This document shows, in pieces, positions 13,100 to 25,960 of a DNA stretch of 64,000 nt. Position numbers and translations under genes: made by a program. The notes beneath the pieces are model-generated. The model searched no databases and was not told where the DNA came from. It saw only the letters and a program-made list of their open reading frames with translations. Position 1 is the stretch's first letter. Every line of letters begins with the position of its first letter. The stretch comes from Octopus bimaculoides. Its lineage: Eukaryota. The stretch is taken from NCBI RefSeq assembly GCF_001194135.2, contig NC_068984.1, positions 89,398,355-89,462,354 on the forward strand, in the 5' to 3' direction.

Positions 13100-15200
13100 A
13101 ATGTTTTCGGCATCGTTCCAACCTCTTCCTCAAATCTTTAAATGACTACATGGCAAAAATTAAGCAATCTTCAAATGTATTTTTGCAGACAATACAAAAA
13201 TATTTTTGAAACAAACATTTCCATTCACATAAGATTCTTCACAAACACGATCTCCAAGACATACAAGGAAACTAGCACCTCCACATACAATGAAATAAAT
13301 GCAGAATCAAAGGAGTTAGCCGTCCTTAATGTATAAGATCCCGTGGACCGTCTCGCAACACGACCCCCATCATGTTAGATTTAAGGAGCATCAGCCCAAT
13401 TTCCTCTCTAACTGCAAATGCAGGTTGATCAACCCTCTAAAAGCGAGATACACATTTTATGTAAGCGCATTCTTGATACCATCAACTTAGATATTAAAAG
13501 GGCTAGGATTGATTCAATAGGATTACAGCACAGCTGTGACCGGCTGGTTCTGCGGTATGAAGAATAAATCAACCGGCAAATTCACACAGTTTGACATTGT
13601 GGACTCCTCCCCTTCTACATCGAAACCTCTTCTCCAGAGACCCTGGATTTCGCTAGGCAATCCATTAGTACATGCAACTTCGATGTCAGAATCTTCATGA
13701 ACGACAGAAAATCAATCCTGGTTCATGACAATTTCTTCTTGGAGAAGAAAAAAGGCGATCCACTGTTTAACGTTTTTTCGGGAGCACCGATAGGGCTGAG
13801 ATCGTCAACATTGTCGAGTTATTTATTTTTGATAGCCTCAAGAAACGTGCACGCCCCTTACATGGACGACGGCCTGGCACTCTCANNNNNNNNNNNNNNN
13901 NNNNNNNNNNNNNNNNNNNNNNNNNNNNNNNNNNNNNNNNNNNNNNNNNNNNNNNNNNNNNNNNNNNNNNNNNNNNNNNNNNNNNNNNNNNNNNNNNNNN
14001 NNNNNNNNNNNNNNNNNNNNNNNNNNNNNNNNNNNNNNNNNNNNNTGATAAAAATATTCATAGTATTCAGCCTGTCCATGGCAGTTACTACCAACTTGAC
14101 TACGACCGACTTCCTAGACGTGACCCTAGATCTGAAAACGCGCAAGTACTACCCTTACAAGAAGCTCAATAAGAAAACGGTGTACATCAACAGAAGCTCG
14201 AATCACCTACTCGCTGTAATTAGAAATTTTAGTTTAGGCATTTGTAGAAAAATATCTATATTTTAAGCCGATTGGAAGATCTTCCACAAGGCCGTGCCTA
14301 ACCCCATTGCAATGACGCATTGGCAAGGAGTCGTTTTTCTGAGAAGTTAGCATATATGAAGGACCCCAAACCTTCACCTCGAACCCGAAGAGGAGCAGAA
14401 AGAGAAAGATAATCGGGTTCAACCTTCCATTTAATCTAGAATTTTTCACCAACGTAGCGAGGAGCTTCCTGCCGTTGATTAAGAAGCATTTCGTAAGGGG
14501 CCATAAGTACTATCAGCTTTTAAACCAAAGGTGAAAACATCAAGGTGAGCTACTCCTGCTTAGGCAACATTGTTTCTAACATTGCAGGTTACAACAGATG
14601 CAAACATGCTTCCGCACAATCTCCAATCCCATTATTATTATTGAGTGAGAGAGCAGTGTATGCCATCAAAGTGACTCTGTGGTAAAATATACGAAGCCCA
14701 GTAATATCCATCATGACTACCCGTCAGATAAGGGTACACTAGGAGGCATATGCATCACAACCGTATGTGCGCGACGTGGTGATCTCATCCCAATTATCAT
14801 TGGATTGTGTAAGTTACCCTAACACAATCCAATGATATCACAAGGTACCACACAGGAATGATGACCTATAACTTCAAGGAAAGGAACACACAGCATATGC
14901 ATTCGCTTAGATGTAGGGATAGAGAGAATTCCACCTTTTCGTCTCATTTCCTCTGGAGACTTCATGACCTTCGGAATGAAATCTCCAACATCGAATGGAC
15001 CCTTATCGGCAGGGCCCCATCTTATCCACCCAGCGCCTGAAATTATCTGCTCTGTGTCCACGAAAGACTGCATATCCGCCACCAATTTACAGTATCTATC
15101 AACAGAATATACAAACATTCTTATTGCTGCCATCTCGGTGAACTCCAAACCATAGGCTGCTGACAACCCAGAAATATTACCTTAACATTGACAGCATCTC
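13100..15200 (+). mobile_element. Penelope-like element (RT + GIY-YIG endonuclease), degenerate
   Basis: RT remnants are PSKSEIHILCKRILDTIN, RKSILVHDN..EKKKGDPLFNV, YMDDGLAL and FLDVTLDLKTRKYYPYKKLN...YINRSSNH. The GIY-YIG C-terminal half reads GMMTYNFKERNTQHMHSLRCRDRENSTFSSHFLWRLHDLRNEISNIEWTLIGRAPSYPP. It is interrupted by a gap and by an insertion at 14632-14792. Confidence 0.85.
14632..14792 (-). mobile_element. 3' part of the (AAT)n-tailed non-coding retroposon (family C), inserted in the Penelope-like element
   Basis: Reverse complement of the last ~150 bp of the copies at 16595-17176 and 27431-28030, ending ...CACTGCTCTCTCACTCAATAATAAT. Confidence 0.85.
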
Positions 15201-15728
15201 AACATTGGCTGAAAGGACAGGGTTCTTAACCACCGATGCCTGCACAGACCACAGACTGACCTTCCAAATTTATGCATCCCCTGAAACACTCCATGTCCGT
15301 CTCCTTACACGTGGGCGAGCACACGTACATACATACATACATACATATATGTCCGCATGCTTTTCCTTACCTTCTTTTCACCCTAATACAACCAAAATTT
15401 CCCCCCCCCCCTAATACGGCCGAACCTCAATCTAACGCCAAATACCCACTCCCTCCTGCAGCAACATTGTTGTAACAACATTAACAATCATGTTTCATGC
15501 TCGCACGCACAAATGTTAAGAGCATATATATGTACACAGATACGGACACACCCGATGAAAACACACACACGTACGCATACATATTCTTCCAGACAAACAC
15601 ACACACATTCATACATACACGTATAGGAATGTACATACTAACGTTCACCATTCACCCATACAAACACACACCCATACTTGCATCCTAATCGCGTACGCGA
15701 ACGCACACGTATACAGCGGGCACTGACG

Positions 15729-15770
<42 letters not shown>

Positions 15771-16594
15771 NNNNNNNNNNNNNNNNNNNNNNNNNNNNNN
15801 NNNNNNNNNNNNNNNNNNNNNNNNNNNNNNNNNNNNNNNNNNNNNNNNNNNNNNNNNNNNNNNNNNNNNNNNNNNNNNNNNNNNNNNNNNNNNNNNNNNN
15901 NNNNNNNNNNNNNNNNNNNNNNNNNNNNNNNNNNNNNNNNNNNNNNNNNNNNNNNNNNNNNNNNNNNNNNNNNNNNNNNNNNNNNNNNNNNNNNNNNNNN
16001 NNNNNNNNNNNNNNNNNNNNNNNNNNNNNNNNNNNNNNNNNNNNNNNNNNNNNNNNNNNNNNNNNNNNNNNNNNNNNNNNNNNNNNNNNNNNNNNNNNNN
16101 NNNNNNNNNNNNNNNNNNNNNNNNNNNNNNNNNNNNNNNNNNNNNNNNNNNNNNNNNNNNNNNNNNNNNNNNNNNNNNNNNNNNNNNNNNNNNNNNNNNN
16201 NNNNNNNNNNNNNNNNNNNNNNNNNNNNNNNNNNNNNNNNNNNNNNNNNNNNNNNNNNNNNNNNNNNNNNNNNNNNNNNNNNNNNNNNNNNNNNNNNNNN
16301 NNNNNNNNNNNNNNNNNNNNNNNNNNNNNNNNNNNNNNNNNNNNNNNNNNNNNNNNNNNNNNNGCACTCTCGCCCGCAAATCCCTCCAAAGACCGGTTGG
16401 ACAGCAAGGCACCACAAGCTTCCTGTGTAGCTACGTGGTTCAAGAAATTCTGAAATGTCGACCTCACTTCTAACAACGTTATGTGACCCGCCTGGACTAA
16501 TGGTAGAACGATTTCGGGTCGCCATCTTTGTGACTTCCTGCATCCCTACATTCGGTTAACTGAGCCCAACGAGTTGATAATAATAATAATAATA

Positions 16595-17127
16595 TTAAAA
16601 GTGGCTCCATGGCTTCTGGTCTTAATTGAGTGGAAATGTTATCATGTACATTGATTTGTCTTGGTATAAAAGATGGATTACAGCAAATATTCTGCTCAGT
16701 ATTACAGACTTGCTTGTCAGTTGCTTGACCATAAACAGTTGAGCATGTCCCTTAGTGGCTGACGATATGTGCATCTGTGATCACGAGCTGAAGTAGTGAG
16801 GGAGCATCATAGTCATGTGTTGAGAGGAATTCTTTGGGGTTTGGATAATTCACCACTGGAAATATGGTTGTTTCAGTCAACATCCTTAAACACTCCCTTT
16901 TCAGAGACCTTTTGAGCGAGATGGGCTACTCGACCTGAAGAAAATTCTAATTGAGCTGCAAGGTCATGCGGTGTTTATCTTGAGATGTGATCACCACGTC
17001 ACGCACATACGGTTGTGATGCATGTGCCTGGTGTGCCCTTATCTGACGGGTAGTCATGATGGTTATTACTGGGCTTCGTATATTTTACCACAGTGTCACT
17101 TTGATGGCATACACTGCTTTCTCACTC

Positions 17128-17176
<49 letters not shown>
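16595..17176 (+). mobile_element. (AAT)n-tailed non-coding retroposon (family C)
   Basis: About 530 bp aligns with 27455-27950 and ends in an (AAT)n tract at 17128-17176. I see no ORF. Confidence 0.8.
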
Positions 17177-17352
17177 GATGTATCAATACCAGCAGATGAC
17201 AACGTTTCTCGAAAAGAAATGGAAAAACTTTCAAAATACAAAGACCTGGAAATAGAGATAACTCGAATGTGGAGTCTAAAAACAGAAACAATTCCTATCA
17301 TAGTAGGTGCCTTAGGTATAATTAAAAAATACTCAGACAAATACATAACAAA
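17177..17352 (+). mobile_element. Dong/R4-type retrotransposon 3' fragment (RLE domain)
   Basis: DVSIPADDNVSRKEMEKLSKYKDLEIEITRMWSLKTETIPIIVGALG begins directly after (AAT)n and runs into a gap. Confidence 0.85.
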
Positions 17353-18296
17353 NNNNNNNNNNNNNNNNNNNNNNNNNNNNNNNNNNNNNNNNNNNNNNNN
17401 NNNNNNNNNNNNNNNNNNNNNNNNNNNNNNNNNNNNNNNNNNNNNNNNNNNNNNNNNNNNNNNNNNNNNNNNNNNNNNNNNNNNNNNNNNNNNNNNNNNN
17501 NNNNNNNNNNNNNNNNNNNNNNNNNNNNNNNNNNNNNNNNNNNNNNNNNNNNNNNNNNNNNNNNNNNNNNNNNNNNNNNNNNNNNNNNNNNNNNNNNNNN
17601 NNNNNNNNNNNNNNNNNNNNNNNNNNNNNNNNNNNNNNNNNNNNNNNNNNNNNNNNNNNNNNNNNNNNNNNNNNNNNNNNNNNNNNNNNNNNNNNNNNNN
17701 NNNNNNNNNNNNNNNNNNNNNNNNNNNNNNNNNNNNNNNNNNNNNNNNNNNNNNNNNNNNNNNNNNNNNNNNNNNNNNNNNNNNNNNNNNNNNNNNNNNN
17801 NNNNNNNNNNNNNNNNNNNNNNNNNNNNNNNNNNNNNNNNNNNNNNNNNNNNNNNNNNNNNNNNNNNNNNNNNNNNNNNNNNNNNNNNNNNNNNNNNNNN
17901 NNNNNNNNNNNNNNNNNNNNNNNNNNNNNNNNNNNNNNNNNNNNNNNNNNNNNNNNNNNNNNNNNNNNNNNNNNNNNNNNNNNNNNNNNNNNNNNNNNNN
18001 NNNNNNNNNNNNNNNNNNNNNNNNNNNNNNNNNNNNNNNNNNNNNNNNNNNNNNNNNNNNNNNNNNNNNNNNNNNNNNNNNNNNNNNNNNNNNNNNNNNN
18101 NNNNNNNNNNNNNNNNNNNNNNNNNNNNNNNNNNNNNNNNNNNNNNNNNNNNNNNNNNNNNNNNNNNNNNNNNNNNNNNNNNNNNNNNNNNNNNNNNNNN
18201 NNNNNNNNNNNNNNNNNNNNNNNNNNNNNNNNNNNNNNNNNNNNNNNNNNNNNNNNNNNNNNNNNNNNNNNNNNNNNNNNNNNNNNNNNNNNNNNN

Positions 18297-18450
18297 ATAT
18301 ATATGAAGGTCGTTTACTAAATCCACTCACAAGGCTTTGGTCGGCTTGAGATTATAAAAGAAGACACTTGTCTAAGGTGCCATGAAGTGGAACTGAATCT
18401 GGGACCATGTGGTTGGGAAGCAAGCTTCTTATCACACAGCCACTCCTGCG
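18297..18450 (-). mobile_element. tRNA-derived SINE family B
   Basis: Minus strand reads CGCAGGAGTGGCTGTGTGATAAGAAGCTTGCTTCCCAACCACATGGTCCCAGATTCAGTTCC... Confidence 0.85.
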
Positions 18451-18599
18451 TCTATATACATTTTAATACTCATAGGACTGCACATACATCCCAATGTTCA
18501 CACAACTACATGAAATTTACAGGACACACATACACGCATATGAAAGCGCGTGTCACAAACGAAGCAAAAAACAATAATTTTTTTACATTTTTCGCATGA

Positions 18600-21150
18600 A
18601 CACAGACAAAGTGTACAATTCATAAATTGAAACATATCACAAAAAACTATGCACGGAGATAAATCTATCAGCAAAAAAATACAGATGAATACAGATCTGT
18701 TAGCCTTAAGAAGCTACGTTACGAGCAATGTTTTCATTCACAGAACTCGGAGGCGGTGTTGTCTCAAAAAATGAACCCTAAACAGATCCGTCTCCTCATG
18801 TCACCGTCCCAGCTCGTCATGCCTCAGTGATAACAAAGCAAAATACAAACCGGATCGGCCGTCACCTGTATAAGCAAGAGTCGCGTACCCTAGTGAAGAA
18901 CCAGACTGGATACAAAAAATCAGCTACTGGTTCAAGTCTTCCCGAAACACAGGAGCTGGAAGTACCTCGCAACCGGAATATTCCAACAGATGGCTATCTA
19001 CGCTCGTCATCAAATAAACAAAAGAAAAAAAATGAAAAATGGTCTAGGGGAGATAATGAAGAAGTTCTTAAGGCCATCTATCATGCCATGAATTTCCCCA
19101 CAAATAAATCTAATACTCATAACCTGCTTTACAACAATGTATGAAATATTAACAGTTGTCTTGACTGAATATACCTATAGTTTTTAAATAAAATGTGGCA
19201 TATTCCCTAACGAGCAAAAAGGATGTAAACGTGGGTCCTGTGGTTGTAAAGATCAGCCACTCATCAATAAGATGATCTTGGAAGATTGTCACAAACGATA
19301 CAAAAGCTTGTCGATAGCCTGAGTAGACTAATAACACACTTTTGATAGTCTACCACATAGCTCGATTAAGAAATGTCTGGAAATGTATAAAATAGCACCT
19401 ACTCTGCGAAACTCTCTGTCTGTAGGTATGAGATCATGGAGAATCACACTGACTTTGAACAGTGACACTGAATCTCTCAATGCTGGAGCTGTAAGAATTT
19501 CATGTGGAATTTTCCAGGGTGACTCGCTATCATCATTCCTCTTTTGTCTAACCTTAATACTTCTCTCGAAATTGCTTAATGATGTACAATATGGCTATAA
19601 AATCTTTGGTAAAAACATAAATCATCTCTTTTACATGAATGATTTAAAGCACTTTGCAAAAAATGACCAATAGCTACAATGCTTACTAGCAATTGTTAAA
19701 CAATTCAGTGATGACATTAAGATGCAATTTGGTCTCGATAAATGTGCAAAAACTACCTTTATCAAAGGAAAAATGACAGAAACATCCAACGTTAATCTTG
19801 ACCACCAGAATGTCATAAAGGAGTTAGGACCAGCAGACAGCTACAAATACCTAGGGGTATTTGGAGGTGATGGGATAAAACATTCAGTGATGAGGGAAAG
19901 GATCAGAAGAGAATGTTATCGCAGGGTAAGGGCAATACTCACGACAGAGCTGAATGCAAGAAACAGGATCGAAGCGATCAATACTTTAGCCATACCAGTC
20001 ATGACATACAGTTTCAATATCATTAACTGGTCAATTACCGAAATATGTAATCTTGACAGAAAAATACGAAAATTGTTGACAATACATAGAATACACCACC
20101 CTAAGGCAGATATAGAATGACTTTACCTGCCAAGAACAGAGGGTGGCCGTGGACTTTAACAACTGGAACTAACAATGAAGATTGCCCTAACTGCCCTCAA
20201 TACCAATCCGATGACTGGATGTTAAAACTTGTCTTGAAGCATGAAAAAAAAGAAAGCATCATACTCAGTAATAAAACAGGCAAAAGAATATCTAAGTGAA
20301 TTCCAAATACAACATATCCCAGAATTAGACATATTGGAAACAATCACAGAAAAAGTTAAGCGTATGAAAACCCGTGCTAAAACTGTTGTCTTAGATATTC
20401 TTACTGATAAATGGCAAGAAAAATCTCTCAATAGCAAATACCCAAAGAGAGCTACTAATGCCGATGTTGACAAAGCTCTTACCCCTCAATGGTTAGTGTC
20501 TTTTGGCTTAAAATCAGAAACAGAAGGGTTTATCATAGCAGCCCAAGATCAATGCCTACCTACAAGGAACTACTAGGCCAACATATTAAAGAACGCCAGT
20601 AGCACAACATGTCGTATATGTAAACAACAAAATAAAACCATTGGTCATGTAGTCTCCATGTGCAGTCTTCTTGCACATACAAAGTATCTCAACAGGCATG
20701 ATAGAACAGCACAGTATATTCACTGTGTAATTTGAAAAAACCTGGACCTGCCCCATAATAAAAACTGGTGGGAACACAAACCACCTCCAGTGCTTGAAAA
20801 TGATCACCCCTAACTCCTCTGGAACTTCACCGTTAAAACTGACAGAAAGATAGATGCGAATAGGCAAGGCATTATATTGAAAGACTTCAGACAAAAATCA
20901 TGCCTCCTCCTTGATATGACTGTTCCAATCGATATAAACGTATCTGTCAAGACCTACCAAAAAACTGAGCAAGTATAAAGATCTTGAAATAGAAATTGGC
21001 AAAATGTGGAACCTCAAGACTAAAACAATACCTGTTGTCATAGGTGCTCTAGGAATGATAGCAAAAGGGGCTGATTCCTACCTAGTTCAGATGTCAGAAA
21101 ACCTCAAAATGGCAGAAATTCAAAAGATAGTGCTCATGGAAACTGTATCC
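18600..21150 (+). mobile_element. Dong/R4-type non-LTR retrotransposon, internally deleted and 3'-clipped
   Basis: N-terminal motif KWSRGDNEEVLKAIY. RT remnants EQKGCKRG, GIFQGDSLS, NHLFYMNDLK, FGLDKCA and YKYLG. Further motifs: SETEGFIIAAQDQ, zinc knuckle CRICK...HVVSMC, and RLE ...LLDMTVP...KLSKYKDL...PVVIGALG. It has many stops and frameshifts. The 5' boundary is approximate. Confidence 0.9.
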
Positions 21151-21291
21151 AAATTGGGGCTTTGGTTTACAAACGTCAGTCCCGCCCTTGAAGCTAGCTT
21201 GCAAAACGATTTAACCGACAAAATACAGTATAGAACCTTTTAAAACAAATGAATTAAACAAAAGCTCCAAAAACATACCTCCAACTAGGCG

Positions 21292-21315
21292 ATAATAATA
21301 ATAATAATAATAATG

Positions 21316-21361
<46 letters not shown>

Positions 21362-21372
21362 TAATAATAATG

Positions 21373-21436
<64 letters not shown>
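21292..21436. repeat. (AAT)n microsatellite; reads as the (ATT)n tail of the adjacent minus-strand Tx1-like element
   Basis: Seen directly in the sequence. Confidence 0.95.
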
Positions 21437-21438
<2 letters not shown>

Positions 21439-24400
21439 TTTGATTTCTTTATTAACCACAAAGGTTTAGATGAAGAAAGCATTATGGACAAAACGGGACA
21501 AATACAATGTGGGGTTACATAAAAATCGTGTAAACAATGAAAAACAATAACATTGATCGAATATAACAACAAAATTCCCCCAAAGATTGAGATATCCTAG
21601 AACTGCTAATGAAAACCACACAATTCCACAACAGTCTTGACCACTAGGGTAAGTACTTTCCACTTTGTCTATAGGTGTATGCTTAGAGTAGACCCACTCA
21701 CTCGGGCCATTCTTGCAACATTCACACACCTTTTAACAAAATTGCTGGGGGTGAGGTGGGGGGCAGCACTTCCCTCTCCACTCTCACTTACCATTTAGGA
21801 AGCGCTGGAGATGTCGCAGTCTCAGCGCATGTCTGCGCATCGGTAGTTACGGCATATCAAGCCCTCCATTTAGTGGGTGTTGACAGCAAATGGAGTGCCT
21901 GACCAGTGGAACGCGTCCCTCCCACAGAAAGCGAAATAGTTGGCGCTTCAGTTTGGTCAGACTTAGACATGGACAGGGCACGACGGTGAGGCGGTAGTAG
22001 ATGACGGATGTAAGCATTCGCCACGTCTTCCCGACCTTTTAGGGATGGCCTTCTCTCAGCCCATTTCTGGGTGAGATTGGCCAGCCTGCTCGCCACCTCG
22101 TCCCAGTTCTCCATCTGGAGATCTGAACCGAACCAGACCCCGCGCAGTTTATCAGGCTCTTCCGTCCAGCGTACCACGATGCTGTTGGAAGGCATGAACT
22201 TGCCTCCCCTGATTAATTTTTCGCTCCTGTCACCGCTTCGTATTCTTTTAGAGCGGTGCAGATCAGATCTATGTGCTTGTTCGACACTATGACTGTGAGG
22301 TCATCAGGGTATGCCGACACGGTTCTTCCACGTCCTAGTTCGCGCGGGATACCTCTCAACGCCTCCAATTTCCGCAGTAGTGGATCTAGAACCATCACAT
22401 TTGCTTGGGATGGCGTATATCTGCGCATCACCAATCAGATCCTCGACGACAAGCGCCAACCCCTTCGCTAGCACCTTGGCCAAAATTTTGAAGTCTGCGT
22501 TTTGAGCAGCGTTATGGACCGAAAATTTTCTATTTGACCTTCCTTGTTTGGGTCCTTTCTCCCGTTCTACTGCCAGTTGCAGTAGATATCTGCTAAGAGG
22601 TCGCCAAACAAGTCTGGCATATAATAGTAAAGCTCGTGGGGAAGATCATCCAAACCAGGCGATTTATCCGCCATGCAGCCCATCATCGCATCCGCGGCTG
22701 TTATCAGCATTTCGCAACTCCTTTCCCCACCCGACGTGAGTCGTGGCATGCTGCCGAGGTAAGTACTAAAGTCCATCCTCCGTTCCAGATTGCTACTCGG
22801 GCCCATTGAGCGATTTTAATTTCCTTGTTTCTTAGAGTATGTGCCTTAACTCTGACAATACATCCTTCGTGCTTGCCGTTGAAGAATTGGTCCAGGACCA
22901 ATCTCGCCGCCTGCACGTCGGTTGCAATTCCTCTCTTAAGCGCCTCTTCTAAGTCCCTAACTAACTTTCCTTCTATTTTATTTTTCTCTATCGCTAGTGC
23001 CTTGCTAAGCTTATCGATTCTATTCTAAGTGCCCTTTTCAGAGCGTACCACCATTTATTGTTAAGTATTAACTTCGTTAATGCTCGCTTAACTAATTCAC
23101 TAATCCGGTGTCTGTAAACTTGACACGCCGGGAGTGACTAGTTCAGCTTCCAGTAACCGGGAACCTGCCTACGTAACGTATGTAAGTCAACCGTACAAAT
23201 CACAAATTTGAGGTCTGTGTAGGCAACGATATTGAAAAGTGGACAACTTATACTATTACTATCTACTAGCCTACAGAAAATTCTATCTAAATATGACCTG
23301 GATGACTCGCTGTGGTTAGACCAGGGAAATCCAGTTGGTATCTGTCAGACAGTTGAAAACGTCTGAGCAGGTTTGTGAGGCTTTTGCACCCACCTCCTCT
23401 ATCCGCTAGCCTCACACGGTCCAAACGTGGCTCTAAGACCGCGTCCAGTCGCCCATAAGTACTGAAAGACGTGACGTTCCCAGGAAAACTTCCAAGCGGC
23501 TGAAGAAGTCCGGCTGCTCTGTTCTTGTCGGAGCTTAGCCACCAGCCTGAAGATACCCCTGTCACTACTGCTCACATCCAGGACCACCAACTTACCTTCT
23601 GGGTCCAGGAAAATAGTCTTTACCTCGAGATTCAGGCCTCTCCGGAACAGCACAGCAGTTCCACCTCCCATTTCCGACTTATATGGGCATGAACGCTCGT
23701 CGGTCGGAGAGCCTGGTTTCAATGATGGCCACTACATCGACATTTAGTGGACCTGAGGTCGTTGAGTAGGTGACCCCAGGCCACATGCACTTATACTGCC
23801 TATCATAAGCGAGGCCATGTTGGATAAAGGTATAGAAGCGGGAAAGGCTACTTACTGCGATTTTGTTGGTGAGGTGGGGACGGCTATTCTGTCCCCAAGG
23901 TTATTTGTGGCTGCTTCCATGAGCAGTTCGTTGTAGAGTCTTTTGTTGATATCTTTCCTGAAAGCCAGAACTCCTTCAGGATATTTTTTTTTGTTGTGTG
24001 TGTTTTGTCATGTTAGCAGGAATTTTATGTGTGGCGGTGTGGTGTTTGATTGTGTGATGAAATCGGTGTCTGTGATGTCTGTATGGTTGTATATGTGTGC
24101 CATTAATTCTTTATTGTTTGTGTTTATTACTGTGTAGTTGATGATTGTGTGCTGGCTGCGAGTTTTGTGTGTGAACTGGGTTGTGTTTGTGGAGATGTTG
24201 ACGATGCTCATGGGAATGCTGTTGTTGTTAACGGTGCGGGTGTGGTTGCTAATGGGGAAGGTGTTTGTGTTTGTTTTGTTATGTGTCTGCTCACTGTCAT
24301 CATACCTGCCAGATTTTTGAGTTTTAGTTGGTGTATTTTTGTTCCTTTTTCTTTTAGATCTGGCGACTTGTTGCCATTTAGCCTCTTCTTCTTTCCCCTC

Positions 24401-24537
24401 TGCGCAGAACATGTCTGAGTGTTTAGGGAAGGGTAGAGGCAAATCTTGTGGGGCTTTTTGGTTGCGCTTTGTTGCTGCTACTGTTGCTGTTGCTTTTGAT
24501 GCTCCAGTGGCTTTCTGCCTCTCGGTGTTCATGGTGT

Positions 24538-24568
<31 letters not shown>

Positions 24569-25735
24569 AGTGGTGGTGGTACTGCTACTGCTGTTCACAT
24601 TGTTGTTGCTGCTGTCGTCGTCGTCGTCGTCATTATCGTTATTGGTACTTTTACACTTGTTACTGTCGTCGTAGTAACAAGAGGAAATTATATTTCTCAT
24701 TGGCGAGAAATTAATTTCGCCATCGCCTACGTTTCTATTCGGCGTTTCAATTAAGTCAACAGAACGCTGCACTTGGTCGACTGCTGCTGTTGCTGTTGCT
24801 TTTGTTGCTGTGGTTGTTGTATTGGAGGTGTCTGCAGCAGTGCCGTTTTTTTTATTGTTTAGGGCAGAAAGTTATAAGTAGTTTGTTTGGCCGCAAATGT
24901 GGCACCTGGGCTTTCTGCCCTCTACCGTTGCAAATAATTTTGAACCTTTAGGGAGCTCGATGATATCTGGGATCTTTTGTGCGGTTTCGAAATCCGCATG
25001 CAATAAGGTTTCCATCCCAGTACTGTACCTATTTTTGTGCTTCTTTGTTTCAAGAATTTTACATCTCTCTTCTATTCTGTACAGTACGGCCGCTGCCAGT
25101 AAGGAGATGTCTACTTCTGGCGGAACCTCCGCTACATTCACTCTGACAACTCTTCGACAGAGGTACGTGGGAATCATATGTAACTCCTCGGTCTTCAGGG
25201 TTGTCGTGGAATTTTCTTTGGCCAGTTGTTCACTTGGGAATCTCACCTCTACTGTGCCAAAGCTTTTACCACGTGTAGCGTAAGACTTTTAGTTCCATAC
25301 AGGTCACAAGCGTTTTTCAACCTGAGCTTGCGTGGCTCTTTCTATCTTACGCTCCACCGTGTCTCTTCCTGCACCTCCTCTGTGTTCAGGTGGACTGTCA
25401 TGCAAGGTCTTGTTTGATACTTTTTTTGCTCTAGTCAAGGCAGTTTCTGACAATTGCACCTCAATTGCGGCACATTTCGGAAAATTTACTTAATGTTTGT
25501 TTAAAAGAAGCAAACGATGTTGTTGCTGTGAGAATTTTTTCTTATTATTTGTTTGACGTGGTAGTGGCGGTGGTGGCGAAATCTGCTGGTGTTTCACGTG
25601 AAAGAATTCTTTTTTCTTTCTCTTCACTTTCCTTCTTATTTTTGTTACTCTTGTCGGTCCTCGTGATGGCAGTGATGGTAGCAGTATTAGTGATCTCTTC
25701 CGCTCCCTCCTTCATACTTCCGTCGGTGTTCATGG

Positions 25736-25772
<37 letters not shown>

Positions 25773-25960
25773 GGTGCTGCTGTTCACATTGTTGCTGCTG
25801 TCGTCATCGTCGTCATTATCGTTGTTGTTGGTACTTTTTCACTTGTTGCTGTCGTCGTAGCAACAAGAGGAAATTATATTTCTCATTGGCGAGAAATTAA
25901 TTTCGCCTACGTTTCTATTCGGTGTTTCAACTAAGTCAACAAAATGCTGCTCTTGGTCGA
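21437..25960 (-). mobile_element. Tx1/L1-clade LINE (ORF1 + APE + RT), degenerate, with a C-terminal internal deletion
   Basis: ORF1 has TVEVRFPSEQLAKEN...RVNVAEVPPEV and a knuckle RCHICGQTN. APE remnants are GGGTAVLF, PEGKLVVLDV, SYLDRIF and YTDLK..GYWKLN. RT remnants are KSPGLDDLPHELY, VRRYTPSQA, SAYPDDLTV and LRGVWFG. The 3' UTR ends AATAAAGAAATCAAATTT(TAT)n. Confidence 0.9.

Noticed and set aside
15638-18349. Long ORFs of 250-400 aa here and at 30907-31515, 49956-50744, 56168-57172 and 61606-62265
   Set aside because: Their length comes from N-runs translated as X (assembly gaps).
18720-18820. Nested stems in the Dong 5' region (ACGAGC/GCTCGT, GGAGGCGG/CCGTCTCC) as a possible HDV-like ribozyme
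   Set aside because: I could not build the double pseudoknot or find L3 and J4/2 motifs, and the pairings are short enough to be chance.
23030-23052. GCCCTTTTCAGAGCG..CCACC resembling a histone 3' stem-loop
   Set aside because: The stem is imperfect, and the opposite strand is continuous Tx1 ORF2 coding sequence (NKWWYALKRAL).
23050-23300. Apparent insertion inside the Tx1-like element (absent from the ORF track)
   Set aside because: Manual translation shows continuous APE-domain sequence (SYLDRIF..GYWKLN) with one stop codon.
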